From contig NC_068987.1 in the NCBI RefSeq assembly GCF_001194135.2, positions 29,954,091 through 30,018,090 of the forward strand: a stretch of 64,000 nt of DNA. The letters run 5' to 3'. A program made the position numbers and the translations under genes. Of this stretch, positions 1 through 13,010 are shown piece after piece (position 1 is the stretch's first letter; each line of letters starts with the position of its first letter). The DNA is from Octopus bimaculoides (Eukaryota). Below the pieces are notes generated by a model. It was given only the letters and a program-made list of their open reading frames with translations. It made no database searches and had not been told where the DNA came from.

Positions 1-245
1 CATAAAAGACACCATTTCGAGCGTGGCTGTTGCCAGTACCGCCTGACTGGCCTTCGTGCGGGTGACACGTAAAAGCACCCACTACACTCTCTGAGTGGTT
101 GCCGTTAGGAAGGGCATCCAGCTGTAGAAACTCTGCCAAATTAGATTGGAGCCTGGTGTTGCCATCCGGTTTCACCAGTCCTCAGTCAAATCGTCCAACC
201 CATGCTAGCATGGAAAGCAGACGTTAAACGATGATGATGATGGTG

Positions 246-247
<2 letters not shown>
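1..247 (+). mobile_element. Retroposon family C, 3' part ending in (GAT)n tail
   Basis: Motif ...AGGAAGGGCATCCAGCTGTAGAAACTCTGCCAAAT...GCATGGAAAGCAGACGTTAAACGATGATGAT recurs at about 6716, 13011, 18330, 22351, 26415 and 42995. Orientation is taken from the (GAT)n tail. Confidence 0.85.
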
Positions 248-286
<39 letters not shown>

Positions 287-638
287 CTCTCTCTCTTAGA
301 TTTATGCTTTCATATGTATTTTAAATCTACACTTCCATTCACACTCAATTTACACTTTCATTTACACTTAATTTACACTTCTATTCTAGACTTAAATTTA
401 CATTTTCATACATTCATGAATTTATACTTCTTTTCATACTTAAATTTATTTACACTTCCATACATACATACATTTTAAATTTTCAGTATACTAAGTGTAC
501 TATATTGAATACTTTACATTTATAGTCATCCTGTGTAGTGAGTCTATTGAAATAAAATGTTCACAGAGAAAAAACGTCCAGCAAAGTTGAAAAACTGGAG
601 TCTTGCCTGTTAAGTAGACTTCCATAATTTTCCATATA

Positions 639-737
639 TAGATGTTTTCGATCTAGTTTGGATTCTTTGCCATCAAATTTGATGACAAAGAGTTCAAATT
701 TGATGGCAAAGAATCCAAACTAGATCGAAAACATCTA
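639..737. repeat. Perfect 44-bp inverted repeat with 11-nt spacer
   Basis: 639-682 (TAGATGTTTTCGATCTAGTTTGGATTCTTTGCCATCAAATTTGA) is the exact reverse complement of 694-737. Confidence 0.95.
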
Positions 738-1446
738 GAACTTGCTGCTTTGCTAAGAAACAGCAGTTCCATACACTCAAGCCAGGTCTCTTCTCTGAAG
801 ATAAAATTTTTATCTGTTTTTTTTTTTTGTTTTTTTTTAACTCCAATATCCATTAGGTCATGGTTTCTTCCCCTCCATTCCCCACCATCCTCAAAGACCT
901 TGTCTTTCTGCTCTAACTAAATCATATATAAAACTTACAATTACATAGATAATATGTTGCTTAATAAGCACAAAACTTAATTAGCACAATTGTTCTAGTT
1001 TGGGAAAATGTAAAATAAATAAATAAATAACAAATTCGTTTGTTACTATATACACAATCCCTGTCTGGAAGTTTACACATGCAACAACCCCTATAAACTG
1101 GGTCATTTATAAATGCATAATAGCCATTTATATTCTTGTTTTGTTGTTCACACAAATGTAGTAAAAAAGCATCATCACCTTTTCTCAAAAGAAAAATGTT
1201 TAAAAACAAAACTAAGAAAATACAACTTTAGCATAGGATAGTCGTGTATGTATGTGTGTGTGTGGCTGTCTGTTTGTAAAGTAGTTTGTATAGTTTGATA
1301 GATNNNNNNNNNNNNNNNNNNNNNNNNNNNNNNNNNNNNNNNNNNNNNNNNNNNNNNNNNNNNNNNNNNNNNNNNNNNNNNNNNNNNNNNNNNNNNNNNN
1401 NNNAGCATGGAAAGCAGACGTTAAACAACGATGATGATGATGATGA

Positions 1447-2825
1447 TATATATGTATGTTTCTTTTTTCATGCCTTTAGGAGCAGCGTGGATGATTGACA
1501 GGTACATTGCAATCGTTAAGTTATGCCAGTACTCCTGTAACTTGAAATTCTCATCCAAATCCATTGTGTCCACAAGATGTTGAAGAGAGTTCCAAATGTA
1601 ATGTGACTTGAAGGTATAGATCATGCCTTGATTCATAGGCTGGATGATGGAGATGGTGTTGGTAGGGAGGAACTCTACTTGGACTCCCTCGTGATTCAAA
1701 TGTAAAGCGTAACCACCAGCATTATCCATAACAAGCAACACCTTGAATTCCATACATTCATTTTGGAGGTATTCTTTGGCTTGAGGGATGAAGCATTGGT
1801 GAAACCGTTTCAAAGTTAGACTATTGGTAATCCAGGCCTTGGGGTTGTGCATCCAGGGGACAGTCAGCAGGTTTTTATTCGTATTTTTGAGAGCCCTCAG
1901 GTTTGTGGACTTGTAGATAAATCCAGGTTTCAGCATTGCCACACGTAATTACCATCACTTTGTCCTTCTGTGCCTCATATCCTGGGACTCTGGCCTCGTC
2001 CTTCATGATGTACATCCCAGAAGGCATCTTCTTCCAGAACAAGCCAGTCTCATCCATATTAAAAACCTGTTCCGGCTTGTATCCCTTGTCCTCAATGATC
2101 TGCCTGAAGGTCTTGAGGTACTTCTCAGCAGCTTCTTTGTCAGCCAATGCTGTGTCTCTATGCAGGAAGACACACTTTATTTTAAATCGTTTCTGGAAAC
2201 GGTCAAACCATCCCTTGCTGGCTTCAGAGTCTTCAGGCTCCAGTGCTGTCAATAGTCTTGGTTGTGGTTCTTCGGTGCCTTCTGCTCCGTCTCCTCTGTT
2301 GAACTGCTGGTATAATTTCTGCACTTTCCTGCGGATAATGCTACCACTCAAGGGGATGTTTTTCTTCTTGCAGTCACTGATCCACAATGCCAAGGCAGAT
2401 TCCATCCTGACATAGTGCTTATTTCTCATTATCATTATCTTTTTGGCACTTTTGACAGAAACTTACTGCTACAGTAGTCCTGATCACCACCTCGTTCTTC
2501 TTTATGGAGCATATTGTGATTCATTGACAACATAATAGTGACCAACTGCAGCATAACTTTACCTTCCTGGAACATATCCAGCAGTTGTACCTTCTCGTGG
2601 AGCGTCATAACCTTTCTCTGGCACTGAGGTTCACTGTCAGAAGCTTTAGAAGGTGAAGGGCATTTGGGTGGCATCTTAAGGTTTTATTAACATGCTGCGA
2701 AAAACACAGCACTCAACAAAATACCCATGATAGCTATTGGATGCAGTTTTTCCCCAAAAAACCTACAAAATCTTCTTTTCACCTAATACACACATACCAC
2801 CAGTGGGATATAGAGCAGTGATTAA
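1447..2825 (-). pseudogene. Tigger/pogo-family transposase, frameshifted and 3'-truncated
   Basis: Three overlapping ORFs give a CENP-B-type HTH (MPPK...QRKVMTLHEKVQLLDM), HTH_Tnp_Tc5 (MESALALWISDC, ASKGWFDRFQKRF) and DDE_1 motifs (FNMDETGLFWKKMP, LLVMDNAGG, FLPTNTISIIQPMNQG). The right boundary is approximate. Confidence 0.93.
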
Positions 2826-3469
2826 AATTATCATGGTTTTGAAAATTTTAATTTGTATTACCACTAGATACAGTAATCTATACTATAATAATAAGGTGGG
2901 GGGACCAGCAAGTAACCTAATTTCAATGAGGCTATATTGGCTCATGATCTTAAAAAATTATCCTTTTGAAATAAACAATCTGTATGATCAAATGTAACCA
3001 TGATTTTTAAAAAAGCACTGGTACTACTCAGTCAATGTTGTTGACTGACTTTTTTGTTAAAACTACAGCTTCAAATTTGTCCAGAGTTGTCTCTCTTTGT
3101 TTTTTCCCATTGAGGAAGGCTAAACTGTCAAAAATGCATACCTGGGAATCCACTAGAGGGAAGCACTGGGCAGATATGGTGTTTTACACCTTTTACCATA
3201 AGGGGGAATTTTTTTCTCAACTGTAACCATTGTGAATTTACCTATTAGAAGTTGATTTCATGGACCATACACCAATACATAACCCATTCCCTATCTCCTA
3301 TCAACTTTAGGGTTCATATTTCTACATGCAAACATTCCTCTTTCTATTAACTGTAGGGTCTTTTTTCCTCTATGTAAACCTTATTCCTGAATTGGAGTTT
3401 GGCATAACATTTGATTGAATACTTTCACTGGCTAATTTAAATGTTTTTATTATTTGTATTTTTGTACAG

Positions 3470-3684
3470 AAAACCTATTCAAGGAACTAAATCAGTTTGA
3501 TGTATTTCCTGAAGAAGACAGCCAAGATATAAATGTGCGCCACAATCTGGTATCTCTTGTTAACAGTCGTCATCGTAGGGCTTCCAGTGATTCACGACCA
3601 ATCCAACAGGACATAACTACCTCAAAAAATACTCTAGTTTTAGAAAATATTAAACCTAAACTTCCATCAAATTCTGACTTATCG
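3470..3684 (+). CDS. Internal exon 1 (phase 1 to 0) of an unidentified single-pass membrane protein; contains RHRR furin-type site
   Basis: Acceptor TTTGTATTTTTGTACAG and donor TCG|GTAAGT. Open frame NLFKELNQFDVFPEEDSQ...SRHRRASS...PSNSDLS. Phase matches the next exon. Confidence 0.8.
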
Positions 3685-4001
3685 GTAAGTTGGTTTTATT
3701 TTTTGCTCTTTTTTTTTGTTTTAATATTTTATTCTTTTATTGAAAGGAGTATCCCTGTATCTTTTTTGGCCATGCTGGAATGCTACATCAAGAATTTTAT
3801 TCCCTTCATACTGTATCTGCTACTAAATTTATTTGTTTGTGAGGTATTTCTACCTTGACATTAAAGGGATGCCTATACATGCACATATACTCAACTTCAG
3901 TGCAGTTTCCAGACAAAATGCTGCTAGGAATTTTGCTCAGCATGCTAACATTTCTGCCAGCTCTATAATAATGAAAATAATAAGTTCCCTGATGCTATAC
4001 C

Positions 4002-4582
4002 AGGCACTGGCTCTCATAGTTTCTAATCTTAACTGATTGGAAGTGTTAACATGTACATGTTTTGTCTTGGTGTAAAGGATGGGCTACAGCAAATATTTTC
4101 CTCAATACCACAGATTTGCTTGTCAGTTGCTTGACCATAACCAGTTGAATGTATCCCTTGGTGGCTGACAATATGTGCATCTCTAATCACAAAAAGGAGT
4201 AGTGGAAGAGAATTATAGCCATGTGTTGAGAGGGATTCTTTGGGGTTTTAATAATTCACCTCTGGAAACATGGGTGTTTCGTTCATCATCTTTAAACAAC
4301 CCTTATTCAGGGACCTTTTGAGTAGAAAATTCTAACTGGGCCCCACCTACAAGGTTATGTGCTGTTTGTCTTGATATGAGAATACCATGTCGTGTGCCCA
4401 TGGTTGTGATGCATGTGCCTGGTGTAACCTTATCAGATGGGTTTGTTATGATGGATATATTGGGCTTCATATATTTGTATCCCAATGTGATTTTGATGGT
4501 ATGCACTGCTCTGTCACTCAGTAGTAGTAGTAGTAGTGGTGGTGGTGGTGGTGGTGGTGGTGGTGGTGGTAGTAGTAGTAGT
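4002..4582 (+). mobile_element. SINE-like family E copy with (AGT)n/(GGT)n tail
   Basis: The head AGGCACTGGCTCTCAT and the 3' part (ATGGTTGTGATGCATGTGCCTGGTGTA...) match the copy at 50855-51378. The body matches a fragment at about 56730-56880. Confidence 0.75.
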
Positions 4583-5320
4583 AATAGTAAAACTACTTAA
4601 AAGAATAATATTTATAATAATATTAATGATTTCTAATTTTGGCATAAGGAAGTCCTGAGGTCGATTTGTTTGACTAAAACCCTTCAAGACAGTACTCTAG
4701 CATGGTTGCAGTAAAATGACCGAATTAAATAAAAGATAAAAGAATATTTAATAATCTTTATTCATTCTATACTAACAAATCATTATCCTCACCATTTTTA
4801 TATTCTTTTTCCATGCTGGTATGGGTACAATGGTTTGATAGGATCCTTTGGCTTGGGTTATCACAAATCTGCTCCACTATGTCATTTTGAACATAGTCTC
4901 TTTGGCTATGTGTCCTGCTTTCTAACACCAACCCATTTACACTATTTTTAATGGCAACAGCATTACAGAGATTGTTCTGCCCTTGGCAAGATTAAAGAGG
5001 CCTCAATCCTACATTGATTGTATTCAATTTGCCAACCACCTTACAGAGTTGCATTTTTGTGGTACCAGCACTAGTGAGGTTACCTTGTAGCTTGCGAGAC
5101 TAAAAGGTCCCCACAACTGAAAAAGAACAGGAGAGAGTGGGGACATTAAGTGAGATGCTGAGAGAAGTTAAAATACAATTGGTAGAATAGATTTATCATT
5201 GTGAGTGGATGGAGGTGGAGATACTGGCAGTGAGAGAGAAGAACGTAGTGGAAAGGGGAAGGGAAAAAGAGTAATAACAAACTTTACTAATTAATCTTAA
5301 ACTTCTGTTTGTTTTTGCAG

Positions 5321-6503
5321 GGGCAGATTGATGTTATGGAGAACAATGCTTTGACTGTGAATGAAGTTAAAGATACAGTTCAAGCTGAAAAAGTTGATCC
5401 TCTTTCAACTAATTACTTAAAAGACAATGTTCAACAGAATCTAGAAAGTCCTGTAAAGACTCATCAGTATGCTTCCGAGGAAAAAGATCAGAATGTTTAT
5501 AACAACTTTAAAAAATTACCTGACCAAAACAAATTGGCTGATCTTCAGCAGCAGCAATTAAGAGACCAACAAAATTTAGTCTTTCAGCAAGTACCAAGCC
5601 AGAACAGTCTGGATGTTAATTTGCAGCAAAAACTTCTTCCACAGAACTCTGAAGGTGTTGCTTCTCAGCATAAAGTATCTGGTAATCAAATTGTTCATCA
5701 GAATACACCAGTGCAGAATGGTTTTCAACCTGGCCCTCAGAATGAAGTATTAGACCAGAAGAACATAAGACAACTGAAGCAGAATAAGCTGGAATCAGTT
5801 CCTCAACAAGGAGTTCCTCTTCAGAGCAATGAAGTTACTGCTCCCCAACAAAAACTTTTGAACCAAAATGAAGTAAATATTCTTAATAATCCTAAAAATT
5901 CCCTCCAGAAAAATGTTCCTGTTGTCCAGCAGCCAGGAAATTCTGTTATTCAACAAAAAGCAATGAATGTGGATACCGTAACTGTTAGTCCACCAGAGAA
6001 GAATGCAGTCAATAATGGTGATAATATTGTTAAAATTCCTGTAGAAGCTATGATTGAGCAAAAGGTTCCACTAAACCAGAACATTGCATCAGTTAATAAC
6101 ATTGCTCCTAATTCATCTAACCAGTTGAATGTCAGTTTTCCACATATTTTAGTTGAAGGAAACAAAGAGGCAAAGGTCAATAACGGCAAAGATGTTGCTG
6201 AGCAATCACCTTCAGGTTCCCTTCTTCGCGATAGCTTATTGATTGAGAATTCAAAACAAAACAAATTAGAAAAACTAGCACACGATAATCTTGCTGAAGC
6301 TCAGCAGTTTCCTGAAGCAGGGAATTCTATCTTAAAGGAAAACAACATTGGTCAGAATGTTCCAGCCCAAGTTGATTCTGACAGTATTAGGCTGGTTGCT
6401 GTTTCAAAGATCCTCTCTAAATCTTACCTTTTTACTCGGCCTATTTCACGTTTAGAACATTATCCACAAAACTCACAAGAATTTTCTGACCATAAAAAAG
6501 CAG
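5321..6503 (+). CDS. Large exon 2 (phase 0 to 1): Gln/Asn/Val-rich low-complexity luminal region
   Basis: 1183-nt stop-free frame in AT-rich DNA. Acceptor CTTCTGTTTGTTTTTGCAG and donor CAG|GTAAAC. Internal QQKLLxQN repeats and N-glycosylation sequons NSS and NVS. Confidence 0.9.
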
Positions 6504-6715
6504 GTAAACACAATTTTTCTTTCTTGATATTCGTTATTGCTTTCATGCTTTATGCTGAAATTTTAGTCCAATATAATGTTACTTATAATTCTTTGTTTTT
6601 AGAATAGTATATCTTAAAGCACACACATAGAGCCCCTATGACTTTTTCTATCCAAAAGAGTTTTTAACACAGTATCTTCATGCTGTTGTTTATAGCTTTG
6701 TGTGTGTTCTTTGAC

Positions 6716-7262
6716 ATCATCATCGTTTAACGTCCGCTTTCCATGCTAGCTTGGGTTGGACGATTTGACTGAGGACTGATGGACCAGGTGGCTACACCAG
6801 GCTCCAATCTGATTTGGCAGAGTTTCTACAGCTTGATGCCCTTCCTAACGCCAACCACTCCAAGAGTGTAGTGGGTGCTTTTACGTGCCACTGGCAAGAA
6901 GGCCAGTCAGGCGGTACTGGCAACGGCCACGCTCGAAATGGTGTCTTTTACGTGCCACCTGCACAGGAGCCAGTCCAGCAGCACTGGCAAGGATCTTGCT
7001 CGAATGTCTTTTCACGTGCCACTGGCACAAGTGCCAGGAAGGCAACGTTGGCAACGATCATGCTCAAATAGTGCTATTTATGTGCCACCGGCACGGAAGC
7101 CAGACAGCTGCTCTGGCAACGATCATGCTCGGACGGTGCTCTTAGTGCTCCACTGGTACAGGTGCCATCACGATTTCGCTTTCACTTGCCCCAACAGGTC
7201 TTCGCAAGCCGAGTTTAGTGTTCAATGAAAGAGACGTTGGCATGGGTGCCAGTCTACAAATT
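6716..7262 (-). mobile_element. Family C long copy with about four internal ~65-bp subrepeats
   Basis: Closely similar (about 90% by eye) to the reverse complement of 26415-26881. Confidence 0.85.
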
Positions 7263-7895
7263 TAGTTCGATAAATAATTCACATATTCTCAAAAGTTTAT
7301 AAAAGTTTTGTCAGCAACAATATTGTGTGTTGTTTTCATGAAGTGTGTGGTTGGATTTTCATAGCTTTCTTTCAGCCAACTGCAGTCCTTTACGGAAGGA
7401 GTCATGCTAAGTTAAATATTTAACACACGTCCCACTTGTGTTGCATCAGAGTTTGATGTCTTTTGAAATCATTAACAAGCAGTACAAAGTTGAATTATTG
7501 TTTATTCAGGATTACTTAAATACTGATAGGTGAAACATTTGTTTTGAGTTTCTTTGTTATTGGAGTTTTACTTGGACTTATTGGTTAGAAGACCTGGCTG
7601 AAGTACATGCAGCATATGTTTGAGTATCTATATAGCAAAGTAGCAAAACAAACAGCATTTCTTTTGAGTTTCTAAAGAGATGATTATTGTAGAAACAAGC
7701 TTGTTCAACAATATTGACACTCTTGCTACTGTTCTTGTTGCTTTGCTTCAGCCCTGGGCTAAAGTTAATTGTTCTGGTGATATTTAGTGTTAGAAATGTT
7801 TTCTCTGTATGTTTGATGTTTAGTCAACATCTCATTTTGAAATAATTCACTTGGTCATCATGATTCTATTGAGGGTTAATTTTTTTGTCTTTCAG

Positions 7896-7943
7896 ATGAC
7901 AGTTGGTACTACAATCAAGATATGGAAGGCAGCCTAGGCCATG
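7896..7943 (+). CDS. 48-nt symmetric phase-1 exon 3 (DDSWYYNQDMEGSLGH)
   Basis: Acceptor TTTTTTTGTCTTTCAG and donor ATG|GTTGGT. Keeps the frame between exons 2 and 4. Confidence 0.65.
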
Positions 7944-8158
7944 GTTGGTAACTTTTATTTACATGTACATAGATTGTCATCATTGTTTTAACATCCATTT
8001 TTTTTTGTGCTTGCATGGGTCAGGTAAAAATCCTTCAGGTAGATTTTATGACTCTGACCTTCACTTGTTTCCAAGGAAGGTGATATTTCCTATAGTCCTT
8101 CGAACATGTATAATACAATGGTCAGATTTGCTTACAATTAGTGCAAATGTTAAGGCAA

Positions 8159-8200
<42 letters not shown>

Positions 8201-9229
8201 GCACACATATGATGGACTTCTCTCTTACCTTCTACCATATCCACTCACAAAGCTTTGGTCAGCCATAGGGAAAATACCTACTAAGATGCTACACTGTGGA
8301 ACTGAACTGGGACTTATTTCCTTCCTTATTAATGTCCTCCCTATATCACACTATCTCTCCCACATCACACCACCTCTGTAACAAGGTTTAACATTGTATT
8401 GGCTCTAGCTGTATTCAGTCTTCTTTTTGTTAGCTGTAGATCTTTTGTTCGTTCTCTCTCTCTCTCTCTCTTTGTTGACATTCATTACTCCCTCATATTC
8501 TCCCACCACACTTTCACTTCCAGAACTCTTTTATCACCTTGTCTCATTCCTATCACTCTCTCCACATCATGCCACTCATATTGCTATTATCCAACCATCT
8601 TACCAATAATTATTGTGTAGCTGCCTGTCACTCTCTTCCTTTATTCTTTTCTATATTAACCTCTCACTTGACATTTTCAACTTAAGATAAAAAAAATATA
8701 CATATAAAGGTAGGAATTCTATTTGAAGTACTTCTTGTAAACTGTGGTCAGACTTGTTCTTTTTCATTACTCCCTCTTTTATCAGTCTCTCACACTGGTT
8801 CTCTTTCATTAGTCTTCTATCTGCAGTGGACAAGACAACCCCTATGATGCTGGTGAACAATTGATCAGAGATAATGTAGGGTAGAAAGGATTCTTTCGAT
8901 TTATTGAGGATACAACAACCTCTTTAGTGCTGATGTCAGGAAAATATATACCCAGTACACTAAGTAAAGTGGTGATAAGGCATCCAGCTGTAGACAGCAT
9001 GCTGGAAATGTAATGTATGGATGTGTGGTCTTTTGATCCATGAAAGAGGTCAGTTGTTCTAAATAGGAACTAACTCAGTCTATGACGATACATCCAGCCA
9101 ATGCCAGCATGAAAATGTGGATGTAAAATATTGATGAAGATAGTTATATATTCTTGTATCTAATTTCAGTAAATTGTTTTTTTCTGTGAATTACGAGACT
9201 TCTACCAAAAATAATACAAAAGTGCACAT

Positions 9230-9800
9230 AAGCTTTTGATTAACTTGGTTCATTCAAATTGCACATGTTTGTAGAGCATCTCTAAATCCGGATGAAGGTG
9301 CTACTTGACAGTCTTTATCTTTGCATCTTCATTGAATCTTCTTTGAAAAAACTCAGGTGTGCATTGTTATGCCCACTTCTTCACAGCCACTTCCATTCCA
9401 TCTGCATTGTCAAATTGTTGTCCCCTAAGACTATCTGTCATTGGACCAAGTAGATGGAAATCAGAGAGCACCTGATCTGGGTCCCATAATAGTTAAACGA
9501 TAATCAGCCAGCTCCATTTGCCAATTTCCTGATTTGTTGCCAAAGATATGGATCATTTTCAGATTAGTTTATTCCTCTTTATGACTTCTCAAATATTTTT
9601 GAGTGTCTCCACATATCACACATTGTAGTCCATCATGTTCCAGAAAAATCAAAGAGAATGATGTCCTTACCATTTCAAAAAAGTAATCACCATGACTTGC
9701 TGTGCTAACCGCTGGTGTCTTATATTTGGGTAAGGGGTGCAATGCCATTCCAAGGATTGAGCCTTCATTTCCAGCTCATAAAGATACAATCACATTTCAT
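9230..9800 (-). pseudogene. Decayed mariner transposase C-terminal half
   Basis: Minus-strand translation retains SDFHLLGPMTDSLRGQQFDNADGMEVAVKKW and a TGDE-like motif, with stops and frameshifts. Confidence 0.7.
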
Positions 9801-10129
9801 CCCCCATCACTATATCAGGAAAAAAAAAAACACCTGTTTTTATTAACTTCAAATGCTCCCAGCAAATCATAGCAGACATCTACTTTTCTCTCCTTTGAAC
9901 TGAATGTTAAGTGCCAAGGTATCAACCACTAACTTTGCACAAACTCTTCATCACCCAGAATCTTGCACCATCTTATATAATGCATTTTGATTGTGCAGCA
10001 AGCTTACAGTTTGTGATATTTGTGTTTGCACAAATCATTTGTCTACTCACTTGCAATTTGCATCAATGGCTGCAGTTCTCCCACTGCATGGTTTTTCTTC
10101 AATGCCAGTTTTCCTTTCTTTAACCCTAA

Positions 10130-10333
10130 CCCTTTAGCATTTAAACCGGCCAATCCAGCCAAAATATTCTGTTTGTTTTATATTCAAACTGGCTAAATAT
10201 GGTCTCACACCTATTCTAAAAGTAAACAATTCCATAATTGAAATCTGAAAGCTACAAAATAATGCACTGTTAATTCAAAGCAACATGAATAAATAAGCAT
10301 TGCATTTGACAAAGAAATCTGAAAGCTAAAGGG
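10130..10333. mobile_element. piggyBac-type MITE
   Basis: Termini CCCTTTAGCAT...GCTAAAGGG followed by TTAA. Same family as 11557, 24645 and 33419. Confidence 0.75.
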
Positions 10334-11556
10334 TTAAACTTCTTCATCCATTCATGCCCATTGTTCTTGTCAGTAGCATTATCTCCATAAACAACCTTTA
10401 GTCATCTGTGGCTGTCAGACAGCCTGTACCCTACCTTTGTCAAGAACTCAATGACAACATGTTTTGCTTCTGCTTAGAAGCTTATTTGCTTTCAATATAG
10501 AATAAGAAGAGTTACTATAAGTCTTTGAGCTGCGCTATCTACATGTGCCATTGAAACAACCTGTGGTAGTTAATAAAATATTTATGCTCCTGTTTGCATT
10601 ACTTTCGGTACAGCTTTTACCTGAAGGAAGTAATTAGGTGCAGGCCTAGCTGTTTGGTTAAGAAGTTTGTTTTGTAACTCTGTGGTTTCAGGTTCATTTC
10701 CACTACATGACATCTTGGACATTTGTCTTGAACTATAACCTCGTATTAAACTAAAAGTATGAATGAAATTTGATACACTGAAGCTGTGTGGAAGTCTGTT
10801 AAAGGAACTGTTTCTGTTTTTGAGTAGTAGGTGTAATCTATTGCTTAGTTTAATACCACTATGCGGTAACGTTAAAGTGCTGTCTTTTTTCTCCACTGTT
10901 TTGACCATAAAGAAAAAACAATTTAAAAAAAAAAAAACTAAATTGAAAAATACATTATTTAATATATTTTCCTTTTTTTTTTTTTTTTTTTTNNNNNNNN
11001 NNTTCATTTTTGTTTTCAAGCCCTACTTAAACATCTGAAAAGTATGCTTTAAAAAAATTCATGTTCATATGCTACAGAATTGTACCAGACAGCAATATTT
11101 GATTTTTTTTTTTTTGCCTGATTTTCTTTGATGTACTTGCTGTGTTGTATTGTGCTCTATTTTGTTTGTGCTTTCGAATTAGGCTAGACACCTTCATTTG
11201 TTGTTGATGTTGTTGTTGTTGTTGTTAATATTTGTCTCACTTCATGTACATCCATATCAACTGTTAATTATAGACTTAACTGCTGAATTTCTAATTAGAT
11301 TAGAAGTCCTGAAAATACGTTGTATTTTTATGGACTGACTACTTTAACTTTTGTGTTGTGTTCCATGCAAAGGTTTATTGCTCTAACTGGAAAAAAAAAA
11401 TAGGAAAAAGGAAGAAATCCATCATTCTTTGAACTATTTGACACCACATACTCATGGATTTGAGTTCAAATCCATTTAGTGTTTTGATGTTTCTGTGAAG
11501 AATATTTTATGTTGCTTTACACTCACCCCAGTTCACCTAGATGTCGGCTGGTTTAA

Positions 11557-11748
11557 CTATTTAGCATTTAAGCTGGCTATACCAGGCTCAAATATTCTAC
11601 CTGTTTAATGTTCAATCTGGCCAGATCTGGCCTCTCATATCTATTCCTACAATGTCATTCTATCAAAATCTCATATCAACAAGATAATGCCTGATTAATG
11701 TGAATAAATAAGCACTACATTCGACAGAGTAATTTGAATGCTAAAGGG
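11557..11748. mobile_element. piggyBac-type MITE with TTAA target duplication
   Basis: TTAA at 11553-11556 and 11749-11752. Right TIR AATGCTAAAGGG. Confidence 0.8.
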
Positions 11749-11855
11749 TTAAAATTTAGTAGTGTCACCCATGAGATAAAAGTATCCTAACCAGAGGAAA
11801 AATTGAATATTTAAAAAATTATTTTTATGGATTGAGATCCAAAACCAAGGTGCTA

Positions 11856-12257
11856 TGTAAAAACACTGGTGCTGGTGCCATGTAAAAAGCACAGGTGCTG
11901 GTATCACATAAAAACATTGTTGCTGATGTCATGTAAAAAGCACTGGCGATGGTGTCATGTAAAAATCACTGCTGGTGGTGTCATGTGAAAAGCACTGGTG
12001 CTGGTTCTATGTAAAAAGCATTGCTGTTGGTACCACGTAAAAAGTGCTGGTGATGGTGCCTTGTAAAAAGCTCAGGTGCTGGTGCTATGTAAAAATCATT
12101 GTTGCTGGAACCACACGAAAAGCATTGTTGCTGTCGCCACATAAAAAGCATTGTTGCTGGTACCACATAAAAAGCATTGTTGCTGGTACCACATAAAAAG
12201 CATTGTTGCTGGTACCACATAAAAAGCATTGTTGCTGTCACCACATAAAAAGCATAC
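11856..12257. repeat. Minisatellite, 26-bp unit, about 15.5 copies
   Basis: Unit such as CATAAAAAGCATTGTTGCTGGTACCA. Units 12-14 are identical; left-hand units are more diverged. Confidence 0.95.
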
Positions 12258-12940
12258 TCAAAGGAGCTGCCCTCAGCTTTCACCATGGCTTTGGAACCTG
12301 GGAAGATCTTCAAACACCTCCTTGAACTTAGCCACCAGTTCAACCTTGGTGTTGCAGGCAGAGTAGTTGGTGTTTTTCTTAACTGCATCCTACACATAGT
12401 AATCTTTGAGATTACAATCAGGCAACTCAAGAGGTCAGAAGCTGGGGCTGGTAGAGCTGTAGAAAGACTCTGATAATGACTTTTAACTCTTTGTAAAGGT
12501 ATAGCAAGAAGCCAGATCCTGCTGCCACATGTATGGCCTTCATTAGCAACCTTTCCAGCCAGTAATTGACCACAGTCCCCACTAGCTTAACATAGTCATC
12601 TCAATTGAGCGTAAGGCTCTGTTTGAGGATGTGGAGCGGCATGATTTCACCCTTTCTGAAGACTCCCAAAGACCATCATAGTTTGGGGAAACTTGGCTTT
12701 CATGATGTCCATGTCAATTCTTACAGCCTTTACATTACTCACAGAGCTTTGAACTGCATTTATGATGTGGCATTTAGATACCCATCACAAATCATCATGA
12801 TACAGGTAACACGTTTCCAGTATTCAGATGGCTTCCAATCCTCCATGTTAGCTAACGTTTTTTATCAACTACAACTTTAATCTTTATGTTCTCCAATGCC
12901 ATTGACTGTTCACTGGTACATAAAGCTGTCCCTTAAAAAA
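12258..12940 (-). pseudogene. Tc1/mariner DD37D (maT-like) transposase remnant
   Basis: RPYMWQQD...PDCNLKDYYV with exactly 37 residues between the second and third Asp. Upstream KFPQTMMVFG motif. Multiple stops. Confidence 0.85.
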
Positions 12941-13010
12941 GGAGATATAAAAAAACCCCATCAAATTTAGCCCAAACACATTCTATATATAAAACGGGTG
13001 TGCATATTCA

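Noticed and set aside
10121-10132. TAACCCTAACCC telomere-like dimer
   Set aside because: Only two units, overlapping the TTAA/CCC terminus of a piggyBac MITE.
11981-12430. 149-aa ORF with repeated AFYVVPATM motifs
   Set aside because: It is a translation of the 26-bp minisatellite fused to an off-frame transposase remnant.
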